The notes beneath the pieces were generated by a model, which made no database searches, had not been told where the DNA came from, and saw only the letters and a program-made list of their open reading frames with translations. 64,000 nt of DNA from Trypanosoma brucei (lineage: Eukaryota). Position 1 is the first letter of the stretch. The number at the start of each line of letters is the position of its first letter. Positions 33,008 through 44,287 of the stretch are shown piece by piece. The stretch lies in the NCBI GenBank assembly GCA_000002445.1, contig AL929603.2, positions 480,001-544,000 on the forward strand, written 5' to 3'. A program made the translations under genes and the position numbers.

Positions 33008-34038
33008 AGGAATAAGAAAAAAAAAATTTAATTTTAAAAAAGAAAAGAAAAGGGGTCGTACAATTTATTAGTCAGGGAATGGATGTGCAGGGAAACAAGA
33101 TGTAATAAAGGTCAAGGAAAATTAAAAAAGGAAAAGAAAAAATAAATGATTGTTCAATGATTGTTGGCGTCCTTATTATCATCATCACGTATTTCTTTTT
33201 TCCCTTTACTTCTCCTTCACCGATTTTGTTGATTTATGTATTCATTCCCATATTAACCCACGACAATATTGTGAAAGAACCAGTGATAATGCGGTATTAT
33301 GCATAGTAAAATCCCGACAAAAGGAAAGTGAGGAAAAAAAAGGAAGCAGAAAATTAAAGTAACGATTGAAATGACGTTTTTGGAATGGAAAGGAAGAGAA
33401 GGAAAGAGAAAAAAATATGAGCAAGATGGAAAAAAGCGAGGTTGGGGGAGGGAAAAAAAGGAAGAAAAAGTGAAATAAAATAAAATAAAATGGGAAACTG
33501 GCACAGTTTGTTTAGTAGGGTGTGAAGAAATGAATGTGCATGCCTCTCTCACTTTGCGTGCGTATATGCTTTTTTTTTCCTGTTTAGCGTCAATGGCTCA
33601 AGGTATGTAGAAGATCCTCAGCAGTGGTTCAGTCAGGTAAAGTAAAACAAAAAAAAAAAATAGAGGACAGTACAGGGAATCACGAATAAGAAAAAAAAAC
33701 TAGCAAGTATAGTTGACATCAAATATGTTTTGTTAGTTGCTTCCGATTTACCATTGTCATCATTATCATCTTGTTCTATATCGGAGTCTCCTCATTTTTT
33801 GCGGGGTGCCATCGCATTACGTTCATTCTTCCACATATTTCACTGCACACACGTACACTGCATCCGCTGCCTTCAAGAGAGAGGGGAAAAGAGGGAGAGC
33901 ACCAAAGTGCCTTGGACGGGAAGCGAAAATAAGTAATAAGGAACATTAATAATCATAATAACAATAACGATAAAAGTTAGACGACGAAGAACAAAAAAAA
34001 AAGAAATAAAAAACACAAAAAGATAACAGAAACAGGAG

Positions 34039-36015
34039 ATGATAGTACTTCCCACTTTTGATTTCCCGCAGCTGGAGGATGGTCACGAACCACTGACATT
34101 ACGGCAACAGCAGCAGCAGCCACCTCGTGGGGAACTGGTTAATTTGGTCCACGTGTTACCGTTTGGTCTTGCGATACAGCAACGGGCCCTCCTCACCGCT
34201 CGGCTCCTAATGGAAGAGCGACAAAAACCATCACGACGGCACGAGGACCCGAATGCTGCGGGTGCCTCCGATGGTGAAGACGACAGTGAGGGCGATGGTG
34301 ATGGCAGTGGCGAATATGGAAGAGGAGGAGGGGGAAGCTTTCAGCAACAGCAATCGTACGCATCGCGACGCAAGAAGTTTGTGAAACTGACAGAAGAGGA
34401 TTTGCAGGTTGACTGGTATGAGATACTTGGCTTAGAGCAGAGCGGAGGTGCGACCGATGAACAAATTCGCACCGCCTACCGACGACGTTGCCTTGAAACA
34501 CATCCAGACAAGCAGAAAGATCGATCAGATGCGGCCTTCAAGAAGGTGCAGCGTGCCCTTGACATCCTCGGTGACCCCGAAACGCGATTGACATACGATT
34601 CCTCACGCCCTTTCGATGACACAATACCGGCAGAAACTCTACCAACAGGAGCCGACTTCTACGCAATATTTGGTCCTGTATTCGAACGCAACAAAAGGTG
34701 GAGCACGGACCCTAGTCTCCCTTCTATTGGGAATGACAAAACAAGTTTGGAGGAAGTTAATAGGTTTTATGACCGCTGGGTGCGTTTTCAGAGCTGGCGC
34801 GACTTCTCACACATGGTAGAGCTTGATGAAATTGATGATAGCATGTGCCGCGAAGAAAAACGGTATTATATGCGTGAAAATGAGCGGCAACTTAACTGTT
34901 TACGCCGTGAGGAGCAACAGCGGTTGCGTACGTTAGTTGAGCGAGCCCGCAAAAATGATCCGCGGCTACGGCGCAAGCGTGAGGAGGACGAGGCGAAAAG
35001 GCAACGCGAGCAGAAGGAACGGGAGGACCGACGACGTCAAGCGCGTGAGGAGGGGGAGCGGCGGCGTGCAGAGGAAATGGAGCGCGAGCGTCAGAAACGG
35101 GAGGAGGAGAAGCGGAAGATAACAGACACAAAGAATGCCATTCGTCAGGCAAAAGATGATCTGATTGTCTTCCTGGAGGAGCACGGCCTTCTAGACGAGA
35201 CGGCAACGAACAAACTTTTGCGACATGCAGTGCGGCGGCCTAACATAGGGTGGATATTTTCGAAAATTAACACTGCCGAGGAGGCTGCGGGTGTTGTCTC
35301 TGAGGTGAAAAACAAGGATACGACACGCCGCGCGACGAGCACAAAAAGCGGTACGTCCAGCAACGTGGCCTCTCGCACTACCGACGAAAGTGAAGAAGAT
35401 ACTGAAGTTGAAGCCGTCATTTGCTTTAACGAACTAGTTGAGGAAAAGGAGCGCCAAATCGGTCTGACCCGGTATGGTGAAGCTGTCAAAGCCAGGCCCG
35501 AACCCAAACCACAGGAGGCAAAAAAGAAGACCGTTCCTGAATCAGTGAACAAACACGCAAAGGAGTGGGATGAGGAGGACTTGACGCGCCTGCAAAAGGC
35601 GACGGCCAAGTTTCCCCCGGGTACAGTGGAACGCTGGAGTAAAATCGCTGAGCAGTTGCGCGGTAAGTTTACCGAGGAAGAGGCAATGCAGAAGGTGAAT
35701 GAAATAACTGCGGGTCTCCATCGCAGTGGCGGTCAAACGGGAGTCGCCTCCGCCAAGCAACCGACGAGTGCAGTTGAGGGAAACGGTGCAACCGCAGCAG
35801 CGGCGCCATCAGCAGGAGGGGCCAACTCTCAGGTCGCTTCCGTGGAGGATTGGACGGTGAAGCAACAAAAGATGCTGGAGTTGGGTTTACGGGATTTAAA
35901 GGATTACAAGGAAAAGGATAAGTTTCAGAAGATTGCGGCGATGGTTGATGGAAAAAATGCCAGGGAATGCTTCGAGCGGTTTAAGTATCTCTGTGCTATG
36001 AATAAGCGCAAGTAG
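34039..36015 (+). CDS. zuotin / DnaJC2 (MPP11)-type ribosome-associated J-protein: J-domain plus two C-terminal SANT/Myb-like domains
   Basis: 658-aa ORF. The J-domain is DWYEILGLEQSGGATDEQIRTAYRRRCLETHPDKQKD...AFKKVQRALDILGDPETRLTYD, including the HPD tripeptide. A charged R/E/K-rich coiled-coil region follows (RRQAREEGERRRAEEMERERQKREEEKRK). Two SANT-like units are WDEEDLTRLQKATAKFPPGTVERWSKIAEQL and WTVKQQKMLELGLRDLKDYKEKDKFQKIAAMVDGKNARECFERFKYL. Confidence 0.92.
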   Translation: MIVLPTFDFPQLEDGHEPLTLRQQQQQPPRGELVNLVHVLPFGLAIQQRALLTARLLMEERQKPSRRHEDPNAAGASDGEDDSEGDGDGSGEYGRGGGGSFQQQQSYASRRKKFVKLTEEDLQVDWYEILGLEQSGGATDEQIRTAYRRRCLETHPDKQKDRSDAAFKKVQRALDILGDPETRLTYDSSRPFDDTIPAETLPTGADFYAIFGPVFERNKRWSTDPSLPSIGNDKTSLEEVNRFYDRWVRFQSWRDFSHMVELDEIDDSMCREEKRYYMRENERQLNCLRREEQQRLRTLVERARKNDPRLRRKREEDEAKRQREQKEREDRRRQAREEGERRRAEEMERERQKREEEKRKITDTKNAIRQAKDDLIVFLEEHGLLDETATNKLLRHAVRRPNIGWIFSKINTAEEAAGVVSEVKNKDTTRRATSTKSGTSSNVASRTTDESEEDTEVEAVICFNELVEEKERQIGLTRYGEAVKARPEPKPQEAKKKTVPESVNKHAKEWDEEDLTRLQKATAKFPPGTVERWSKIAEQLRGKFTEEEAMQKVNEITAGLHRSGGQTGVASAKQPTSAVEGNGATAAAAPSAGGANSQVASVEDWTVKQQKMLELGLRDLKDYKEKDKFQKIAAMVDGKNARECFERFKYLCAMNKRK

Positions 36016-36245
36016 CAATTTTTTTTTTCGCTATTTTTTTTTTTTACTCGCCTCCCTATAAAACATACATGGTCACGGTGCACGATACTCTTTCTCACCT
36101 TAAAAGTAAGTGTACGTGAGGTTAACAGTGGTATCGGCGCGCTGGGCGTCGCCACCGGGCATGCGGTTGCAGCACCCCTTCCAAAGTAAATATCGTACAG
36201 TCACAAAGCTGGAAGTTCAAACTCCGGATTTTCTTCTTTTTTTGG

Positions 36246-36263
36246 GTGTGTGTGTGTGTGTGG
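36246..36263. repeat. (GT)n microsatellite, with a (CA)n microsatellite at 36378..36397
   Basis: gtgtgtgtgtgtgtgtgg and acacacacacacacacacaa in the intergenic DNA between the J-protein and YIF1-like genes. Confidence 0.85.
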
Positions 36264-36569
36264 TGTTGCGGTTTTCTTCGACAGAACTGCACGATTTGAT
36301 TCTGTGTTGCCGTCTGTCCCAAGCCCTACACAATTGCAAAAAAAAAAAAGCTTTCCCACCTTTCTTGCCATTCACTCAACACACACACACACACACAACA
36401 AACAAACAGCTCCTGTCACGCGTTTTTGTCCATTGGGAAAATAGGGTTGGGAGCAAACTGGAGGTTGTAAAGGAGAAGGGAGGGAAAAAGGAAACAAGGG
36501 GGCGGCGACGTGCTCCCAGAAAAAATAAATAAATAAAATAGGTAACAGTAACGTGGTTACAATTCGTGT

Positions 36570-37472
36570 ATGGACTCCTTTGGAAACCAGAAACATCCGA
36601 TGAGGCAACAACAACAACAACAGTCGCCTGGGTACCCTGACCAATCTTCATGGGGAGGAACGCAACAGAATGCGATGCTAGAGATCGGGATGCAATACGG
36701 GCAGAATGTCCTTCAAGAAAAAAGTCAAGGTTTTATGAGCTACATATCCGTCGTCACGGGATTCCGCCGTTATTTTCGTGTAGATAACCAGTACGTCAAA
36801 CGCAAGCTCACTATGTTGCTATTCCCTTTTCTATTCAGCATGAAAAAAACAGAGGGTTATAGCAACAACGACTATGAGGAAAGGCGGTATCCTTCAGGAT
36901 TTGGGGGCGATTCGCCTCCTCCGATGCAAGGCGGCAGTTGGTCACCGACATCAACACAAAGCACGGAACAGGTGCCTCCACCAACTGAAGACGTACATGC
37001 ATTTGACTTATATGTGCCACTGATGGGTGCTATAACGTACGTAATCCTTTCTGGTTTCCTCTATGGACTACATCACAACAGCGTGCCGAATGAACAACTT
37101 GTAGGGCCCGCTTGGTCGCTGCTATTTTGGCTTCAAGTGGAAGTTTTCATTCTGAAGCTCGTGTGTCACCTTCTTCGCACCACACCGGCATCAACCATAC
37201 TCGAGCTCACCGCACTATGTTCCTACAAATACATCACGATTTGCCTTGCTGTGTTGCTGAGAGAGGTTTTGCGTTTGGAAGGTGAAACTGTGTATACTTG
37301 GGCAATACTTTTATATGTTGTGCTTGCCAATGCCACATTTGCCGCCAAAACTTTGATGCGCTCGCACCAACGAGAGCAACGCGTTCCGTACAACGCAAAG
37401 GTTTTTGCATATGTTACTGCACTTCTGCAGGCACCCATGACTCTTTGGCTCGCGATACGGCCCTTTCAGTAG
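36570..37472 (+). CDS. YIF1: YIF1 (Yip1-interacting factor / Hrf1) family Golgi membrane protein
   Basis: 300-aa ORF with a Gln-rich N-terminus. The YIF1 signature FRRYFRVDNQYVKRKLTMLLFPF (compare YF-VD--YV--KL--LLFPF) is present. The C-terminal half has multiple hydrophobic predicted TM segments. Confidence 0.8.
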   Translation: MDSFGNQKHPMRQQQQQQSPGYPDQSSWGGTQQNAMLEIGMQYGQNVLQEKSQGFMSYISVVTGFRRYFRVDNQYVKRKLTMLLFPFLFSMKKTEGYSNNDYEERRYPSGFGGDSPPPMQGGSWSPTSTQSTEQVPPPTEDVHAFDLYVPLMGAITYVILSGFLYGLHHNSVPNEQLVGPAWSLLFWLQVEVFILKLVCHLLRTTPASTILELTALCSYKYITICLAVLLREVLRLEGETVYTWAILLYVVLANATFAAKTLMRSHQREQRVPYNAKVFAYVTALLQAPMTLWLAIRPFQ

Positions 37473-37595
37473 GCACGTGCGACTGATAGTTACGTTCCCA
37501 TTCATGTGTGTTGTGCGTGCCAATTGATATTCCACATATGGAGGAACTGCAAGGAAGTTGGTTTGTCCCTTGCGCTGTTCCACACGCAGCTTTCA

Positions 37596-37711
37596 TTAGT
37601 GTTATTGGTGTTGCAATTGTTGTTGTTGTTGTTGTTGTTTTTTTATACAGTTGGTTTACCTGACACTTCCTTCCTCGACCTGAAACCTATCGCGGTGCCT
37701 TCTTTTGTGTT
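37596..37711 (+). promoter_or_regulatory. polypyrimidine tract / splice-acceptor region in the 240-bp spacer before the PRP38-like gene
   Basis: gttgttgttgttgttgtttttttatacagttggtttacctgacacttccttcctcgacc...cttcttttgtgttttgtgtgtttcc directly upstream of the 37712 ATG. Confidence 0.5.
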
Positions 37712-38431
37712 TTGTGTGTTTCCGCCGTATTCTTCAACCGGTACCTGTGCATAATGGCCACCGAAGCGGAGAAGGCGCAGGTAGGAACGCATCCCATCCA
37801 AGAAACAAATAAATTAATTAGTAGTTCGAACGTAATGAATAATGAGCGACCGGCGGCGTGGAACTTGAAGGGCCGCAGCGCAGTTGCCGCCTTCGATCCC
37901 GTTACACGCCACCGTATCCTCCAGTCCCAAACAATGGCCGCTTGCTTTCATCGTCCGCTAATGGCAACGATGGAGGACCTCATTTCCGTGTCGTACGTCG
38001 GCGGATTGAGTGGTCCACTGCGCAAACCTGAACCGTTTATTTGCCTTATTGCGAGGGTGCTGCAAATAACGCCAAACACCGCTATTGTGATGGCAATGCT
38101 TCGGCAGGACGTGCATAAATATTTGCGCGTTGCGGCACTCTTCATCATTAGGCTTATTGGAAATGGCACCGCGATGCGTGAGGCTCTTAGGATAGGATGG
38201 AATGACTACAGGAAAATACGCGTCTATGGAAGCAAAGATGATTGTACATGTGAAACTAAAAGCCAAGATGGTGAAAAAGCGGATACGAATGAAGTGGAGG
38301 GGGAGGCGCTGGTGGCGGCGCCAATTCACGCAATCATGTGCGTAGATGAAATCACGGATCGTTTGTTCAACACCGGGCGAGAGGGTTACAGCAGCACATG
38401 GTTAGGAGTTAACTTTTCTCCGCTCCTGTGA
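37712..38431 (+). CDS. PRP38: PRP38-family pre-mRNA splicing factor
   Basis: 239-aa ORF. The block SYVGGLSGPLRKPEPFICLIARVLQITPNTAIVMAMLRQDVHKYLRVAALFIIRLIGNGTAMREALRIGWNDYRKIRVY...AIMCVDEITDRLF aligns motif-for-motif with the conserved PRP38 N-terminal domain (FVGGVYGG-KPTPFLCL--KMLQIQP...KYVR-LGALY-RLTG...YNDYRKIK...HVDEFIDELL). Confidence 0.88.
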   Translation: MCVSAVFFNRYLCIMATEAEKAQVGTHPIQETNKLISSSNVMNNERPAAWNLKGRSAVAAFDPVTRHRILQSQTMAACFHRPLMATMEDLISVSYVGGLSGPLRKPEPFICLIARVLQITPNTAIVMAMLRQDVHKYLRVAALFIIRLIGNGTAMREALRIGWNDYRKIRVYGSKDDCTCETKSQDGEKADTNEVEGEALVAAPIHAIMCVDEITDRLFNTGREGYSSTWLGVNFSPLL

Positions 38432-40140
38432 AGCACCCTGTCGCCGCGTACAGTTGGGGATGCGATGGGTGCAATATGGAAGGAAAATTAACTGTGACGG
38501 GTGCGACGTCACCGGAATAGGGGGCATTTCTCCTGCAGAATCAGTCCCCGGAACGTAACCCCGTCCCCGTGCTCTCGATGTTTCTCCTCTCTTTCTTTTT
38601 TTTAAACTCGTGCGTGCAAGGAAATGAGAAAGGAGTAGGAAGTTCTCCCTTCGGTTTGTTTCCACATCCCAGGATTCCGTTCAGATATTTTCACGGTACC
38701 GGTGCCGGGATCTGCGCCCGTGTTTTGCGATAGGAGTTCGACGCGGATGTGGTGGTAAACAGACATTGAGGAAAGGGAAGCCTTCAACACAAATGGAAAG
38801 CGCTGACGGAAGGAATCACACGAAGCAGGAATGAGGAGACGGTTCGACACATCGGCCGGATGCGCAACGTAAGTAATAGGGATTTGGGGTTCCTAAAACC
38901 GACGAATAAATTTAAAGACGCCCAGTCTTCCAGCACCCGCTACACATTCCATGCGAATGTTTTGCGTCGTCTGGAGAGTCCGCGAGCAACAGGCTCCAAC
39001 GGCGGTTTACCTTCGATGGGGTGGCTGGCGCCACATCTCCTCATTCGTACGGGAGCGACTTATGTGTTGCCCTCCTGAGGAAATAACTGGAAGGGAGAAG
39101 CGGAGCGGCTCAACCCAATACTGGAAAGTTCACACAGGAAGCCGTTGGAGCGCAAGCACGTATGGTGGTATCACCACCTGAGTTTCGTGCTTTGGAGGGA
39201 AATTAAACAAACCCTAACTCATAAATGCCTCCGCCCGAGTGCTTCCTCTCCTCTTTGAATCACCCATCATCCGCATATGGTGGATGCGGGGATTTATTGT
39301 CATTATTATCGTTGGCGTTACTTGCGAGCAGCGGCCGCATTCGACTACTGGTCCCTCTCCTTTTTTAGTTAGCGGAAAGGGACGGTCGCAGGAGGGGAAG
39401 CGTTTAAAGTAATTTACAAATGTGAAGGTGGAGAATTCAGCACCGTGTCGCCGCGTGGTCCGCAATTCCCTTTCAGCAAGCACACGTGGGAGCCGGGGTT
39501 CCGTGAAGGTCTTCCAGACCACCCAACACCACGACTGGAGGAAAAGGCCCGCATTATGCCTTCATTTTCATATTTAAGGGCGAGGAATTTAAGAACAAAA
39601 ACAGATAAGAAAAACGAAAGACATGGCGCGGCACATTTGCAGCAACCGTGCGCGTACTCAGATTTATGGTGAGGTGGACTGTTCTAGATGTCAGTGGCAG
39701 CAAAGAAAAACAACTAGACCAGTAACAACCGCTAGCCGCATGGCGGAACGCGACGGCCGGCACCCACACATAACGGTGTCCGCAGCTAAGCGCACGTCAT
39801 TACTTACCGTGTAATGCAAATATCAACCCGGCAATCGTGAAGGAAGTTAACTAACCCATCCCTCCTTCAGGTGGCAAGACGACCCCGGTTTCCATTTGCA
39901 ATTCACTTAAGCCTCTGTCCCGGTTCCATTCAACATCCCCGCCAAATGCCAGCTCCAGTCAGTTAGCATCCTGCTTCCCCAACACGTAAAAAATAAATAC
40001 GGGATTGGTCCCGATGCTTCGTTTTCCCCTCTCCTCCACATCTTTGAATTATCGACGGGTTTAAGCGGCCCGTTTCTTCAGCACCGTAACACAATTAGCC
40101 GAGACTGCTCTCACCCCCATCCGAAGCAGCGATACAAACA
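38432..40140. promoter_or_regulatory. putative convergent strand-switch / transcription termination region
   Basis: The last plus-strand gene ends at 38431. From about 40.1 kb the plus strand becomes A/C-rich (so the minus strand is pyrimidine/GT-rich) and the next gene is on the minus strand. There are no long ORFs here. I found no tRNA-like A/B-box structure by eye. Confidence 0.4.
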
Positions 40141-40141
40141 G

Positions 40142-40295
40142 AACACAATGTACCACAACAAATACCAACACAAAATGTTCACAAATCACAGCACTCGTTA
40201 CCCACAATTCCGCGTACGAAAGCACACAGAGGAAAAATTGTACACTATTTCACACGGAGGCAGTGGGTGTCACAAATATCCAATCATCGCTGAAA
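40142..40295. repeat. copy A of an imperfect ~150-bp direct repeat (partner at 44288..44425) flanking the minus-strand surface-protein gene
   Basis: aacacaatgtaccacaacaaataccaacacaaaatgttcacaaatcacagcactcgttacccacaattcc...cggaggcagtgggtgtcacaaata versus aacacaacatgtcacaacaaatatcaacacgaaatattcactaatcacaacactcgttacccacaattcc...cggaagcagtgtgtgtcacaaatg. Hand alignment gives roughly 80 percent identity, same orientation. Confidence 0.65.
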
Positions 40296-41079
40296 ACAAA
40301 CATAAGCACGACAACGAATGTGAAGGAAATCCCAACCACATACACGTGTACCCAGGACTAAACACCATCAGGCTGGCACTTTGGATTGGAAGTCGAATCT
40401 ACGCAAAAGATAGTGTTCACCAAGAACCTTGCACAATTCCTCCTAGAACTTGAGAAACCCCTCATTCCCTTCCAACATGTACTTTCTTCATTCTGGAGGA
40501 ACACTCCACTCAAGGAGAGACTACATACAATGTTGCCTTCCGTATAAGTGGAAATTGTAACCCCTCGCCCCTGTACATTTGGATCGTAAAAAGGTATGTA
40601 GAAGTCTTGGGACCCCAAATACGGTATTACAGCCATAGCGAATGTTTGACAATTAAATTGTCAGTAACCCGCACTTGCCCCTTACAACTAGTTCCAACCT
40701 AACCTATACAAGTCATTAATAAGACAAATATAGTATTATCTGACACAGATAGTAACAAGCTAATAGCACACTCACAACAGAGCATAATATACAAAAAGAG
40801 TTACATAAAGTTTCTAGCTCCCTTGAGATGTCATGGCATCACCAGAGAGCTCTCCAAACAAACCACCGCTATCTTGATAACGGCACTCAGCATTGCTGGC
40901 AGTTACTGCTAAACAAAAAAAATGATACAACATTCATTATTCATCTTAACAAAACAAATTCATATGATATTACTTATACACTCACATATTTAAGAATTAA
41001 ACAATATGCACACGTGTACATGCACAAACCATTAAAAAAACAAGATGCTACGCAACAATGTTGGTAACGTAACAATAAA

Positions 41080-42462
41080 CTAAAACATACAAAAAAGGGA
41101 AAGAATTAATAGCATAACAACACCAGTTTTCACATCTATATAATAGAAACAATCATTATTTACCCCAGTATCATAACCTTCACTGTCACTTTCACCTTGA
41201 GCTCGGTTACTTTTCCATAGCCCAGCATCACCACCAAGTTTCACCTCAAGAAATATTTCCTCTGCCTCATGTTGGTATTCTTCCAATTCGTGAAGATGAC
41301 TGTCAGACTCTTTGGCATACTTTGCCATTTCTTGTAGTTGCTCGGTGGCGTTAGTAAGATGGTTGTACCAAGGAATCCCACCATTTTCAAGTGTGTGATT
41401 GTAACTGACACATGTGAATCCAGCAGTGTAACCCAGGCACGTGCTATTCTCGTTATGGTCTGTTCTCACGTAGCCAAGAATACCCTTTACCTGATGGCCA
41501 TTCTGTCCCAAATTCACTAATGCATCAAACTGAGCTAATGCACTCTTTAAGGTTTTCACATTAGATGCAACATTTTTGTATGCACAAGCCTTACTAATCA
41601 CATCCCAAGCCTCAGTATGGTTGTATTTTATTTTCTTAGGGTCGCACTTGCTGTTATCACCTTTACAAGAATCAGCCATCATAGTCCAACTACCATTTTC
41701 AGGTCTCCTTATTTCATCCTTGCAAGGACAGTTATATCCATTATATATATTGTCATCACTACTGTCTTCGACATCTGAATCATGGTGATGTGTCCCTCTC
41801 TCTTCTTTCTTAACAATGTCGATAGCCTCCCCAACACATAGGCAGAAGAAGTCATTAATTAGTGTCTTTCCAACTAGCTTGTCTCCAAAAGAACCGCAGC
41901 TCGTGGCTGCATTGTAGACACTATTGAACAGCAGTGATTTGTTTCCTCTCATGGCTTCCTCCAGAGTTTTATTCTCATTTCTTGCCACATCCACAGCGTC
42001 GCCATACACAGCTCTCAACATATTTTCCTCAGCAGAACGACTTGCATTTAGCGATCTTGTCCTATTCACTTCTATTTCTTCCTTAAGTTTTTTAGCCTTC
42101 TCAAATAGTTTCTTCATCTCCTGATATGCTGTCGTGCTGTTAGATGAATTGCTCGAGCCCTTATTGCCAGCAACAGTTTCTGCCTCACTGACCATTTCCT
42201 CCAACTTCTTCAGAATCTCTCCTTCCTTCTCACGATTCTTAAAGGAGGGTTGTGGGGCCTCTGCTTGCGTGATTCGGTAAATCCTGCACAGTGTCTCGAA
42301 TTCACCAACGTTGTGGTGCTTTTCTTCTTGATGGACATTATCCCTGATCGCCCTCCAATCAATCAACTCGGGGGTCCACTTGAAAGACCACATATCACCC
42401 TGAGAGGAAGGAGATAAGACAGCCGCAAGCAACGCAATGGCAAACACTGTTTCGCGCCTCAT
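41080..42462 (-). CDS. Cys-rich, heavily N-glycosylated surface glycoprotein with signal peptide and C-terminal GPI-type hydrophobic tail (VSG-like / VSG-related; family unresolved)
   Basis: The minus-strand ORF 41080..42543 encodes 487 aa. The most plausible start is the second ATG at 42462, giving MRRETVFAIALLAAVLSPSSQG, a classic signal peptide. There are many NxS/T sequons (NSS, NST, NRT, NAS, NKT, NKS, NGS, NHT, NAT) and about 16 Cys including paired CxC motifs (FFCLCVG, YNCPCKD). The N-terminal half is predicted helical with charged heptad-like stretches. The C-terminus, ...NNDCFYYIDVKTGVVMLLILSLFCMF, ends in a short hydrophobic tail typical of GPI-anchor signals. It is the only gene on this strand in the window. 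Confidence 0.75.
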   Translation of the reverse strand: MRRETVFAIALLAAVLSPSSQGDMWSFKWTPELIDWRAIRDNVHQEEKHHNVGEFETLCRIYRITQAEAPQPSFKNREKEGEILKKLEEMVSEAETVAGNKGSSNSSNSTTAYQEMKKLFEKAKKLKEEIEVNRTRSLNASRSAEENMLRAVYGDAVDVARNENKTLEEAMRGNKSLLFNSVYNAATSCGSFGDKLVGKTLINDFFCLCVGEAIDIVKKEERGTHHHDSDVEDSSDDNIYNGYNCPCKDEIRRPENGSWTMMADSCKGDNSKCDPKKIKYNHTEAWDVISKACAYKNVASNVKTLKSALAQFDALVNLGQNGHQVKGILGYVRTDHNENSTCLGYTAGFTCVSYNHTLENGGIPWYNHLTNATEQLQEMAKYAKESDSHLHELEEYQHEAEEIFLEVKLGGDAGLWKSNRAQGESDSEGYDTGVNNDCFYYIDVKTGVVMLLILSLFCMF

Positions 42463-44287
42463 CGTGATTTTGCCTCTACATTCATTAGTCAAAGAGAGGG
42501 ACAAAAGCTTATCATTACAGTCATTATTGTTATTGAGAGACACACCCAGTAAACAAATACATCAATATATCGAAGTTAATAAGTGCCTGGGACAAACCAG
42601 CTGCTGCAGCATCCAACAAAGGGGGAAACACACACCAATACACATATTTACATGGGTTCACCCTCCTAAGCTGCATATTAACATTAAACACCCTCACAGC
42701 TGTTTTCCCATTGATTATCTTACTCTTACATATATCTGCATACAATAAATCCACTTTCTTAAACACCATGCTAGATCCTCCACTTTCCCAAGTGGACTGT
42801 GCTCCAGCCTTTTTGATTTCCTCAACAAGCTTATCTATTCTCCTATCGAGCACCTGTACATTTATGTTAAAATTATCCAAATCCTCCATTGGCTTTATTA
42901 ACTTCGGCTGCTACCTTATTGCTTTATTCGCTAGCACATTGCGTACTTAATCCGGACACATGTGTTACCTTTATCCAATGAACACCACTTTGCCGTTAAG
43001 CTTTATTTAGCATATCATCCTTTCTTCATGCATGTGCTGACACAACACTCTTCGTTGCCCTCTCTGCGTGCATGCACAGCTCCTTGCCTTCCATTTTCTT
43101 AAATCACACACTCTTAAAGGTAACAGTTAAATTTTCAAAACGCTTTCATTAGACACTTGTTTTTATTGAAACGTTTCATAATACTGTGATATGATGGAAT
43201 ATTATGTTAGTTGCCAACACACAAAACAGTCCCAGAACAACAAGTGACCTTCCCCATCAGCATCCTCATTTATATTATTTGCGACATAAAAATAATCACC
43301 ATCCTCTCAGTTAACTCTTGCCATCCTCACACCATATGCAAAGAGCATTAACACACTCCACCACCCCAGAGGAAAAATAATGGAGGGGCAGCCTTATTTA
43401 TCATCACTCACGATTAAAATAACTCAAAACAGAAACACTCCAACGAAAGAAATTATAACCTACGACAAACATGTAAGCACACACATGCAAAGATATGTAT
43501 GTTTATCACTATTGTGGGGAGGAGGAGTTATTTATATGAATGCACTTCCTCATAGTAATACAACTAGTACTATTCACACTGCCAATAAGATTCGTGTCGA
43601 GTTGCAGTTAGGCAACATTTCTGTTTACTTCGCTAAAGCATGAAAGGGTGTAAAAAATATATCTGACATCAGCTGGAGGTAAACGGAAGACGATTATTCA
43701 GTAGCATCGAAAAACAATGATGAGAGAAGTGAAGATGTCATGCACTTCATTGACAGAAAGAAAACATTTACATTTCACTAAACAATTAAAGTCATTTACA
43801 GAGCCACTCATAAATAAATTATCCCGTGGAATGGGGCACCTGCTTATGCTTCCACTGACACAATCCCATAATGGACGATATTCGCCATATTGGGATACGG
43901 ACTTACCTATTTAATATCACCCCATACCGTGATAACTGTCTCCATAATAGCCGTGTAGTACGTATTTGCTTTCACAAGAGCATTATATCATATATTGCTT
44001 ACTTCCCTGACACATTCATTATCTTCAGCGAATAATACACCAGCCTTAGCTACAAGATATCCCATTACACTCCAATAAGATATATGTTATCCCTGTCAGT
44101 CACTTTCACTCTGACATCAAACATACAGGATGCTATTGTGTATACTTCCCCATTAACAAACAAGTCCTGCTCCTCACCCCTAACGTAAAGTTCTCTTCAG
44201 TTTATTCAAAAGTTAACTAACACAACATACAAACATAATTAGCTTATATTTTGGGAAATCATATACTGATCCGCTGATACATGCTGC

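Noticed and set aside
30393-33552. Cluster of 60-114-aa ORFs on both strands between TOR and the J-protein gene (for example 31620..31964 +, 30960..31259 +, 33253..33552 -)
   Set aside because: They are Lys-rich or Phe/Leu-rich translations of homopurine and homopyrimidine blocks and microsatellites, with no domain content. They are kept only as a pointer for possible small ORFs or ncRNA in the findings.
42463-42543. 27-codon N-terminal extension (MSLNNNNDCNDKLLSLSLTNECRGKIT) of the surface-protein ORF
   Set aside because: The second Met gives a textbook signal peptide directly, whereas the extension would bury it. The first ATG is probably not the initiation codon.
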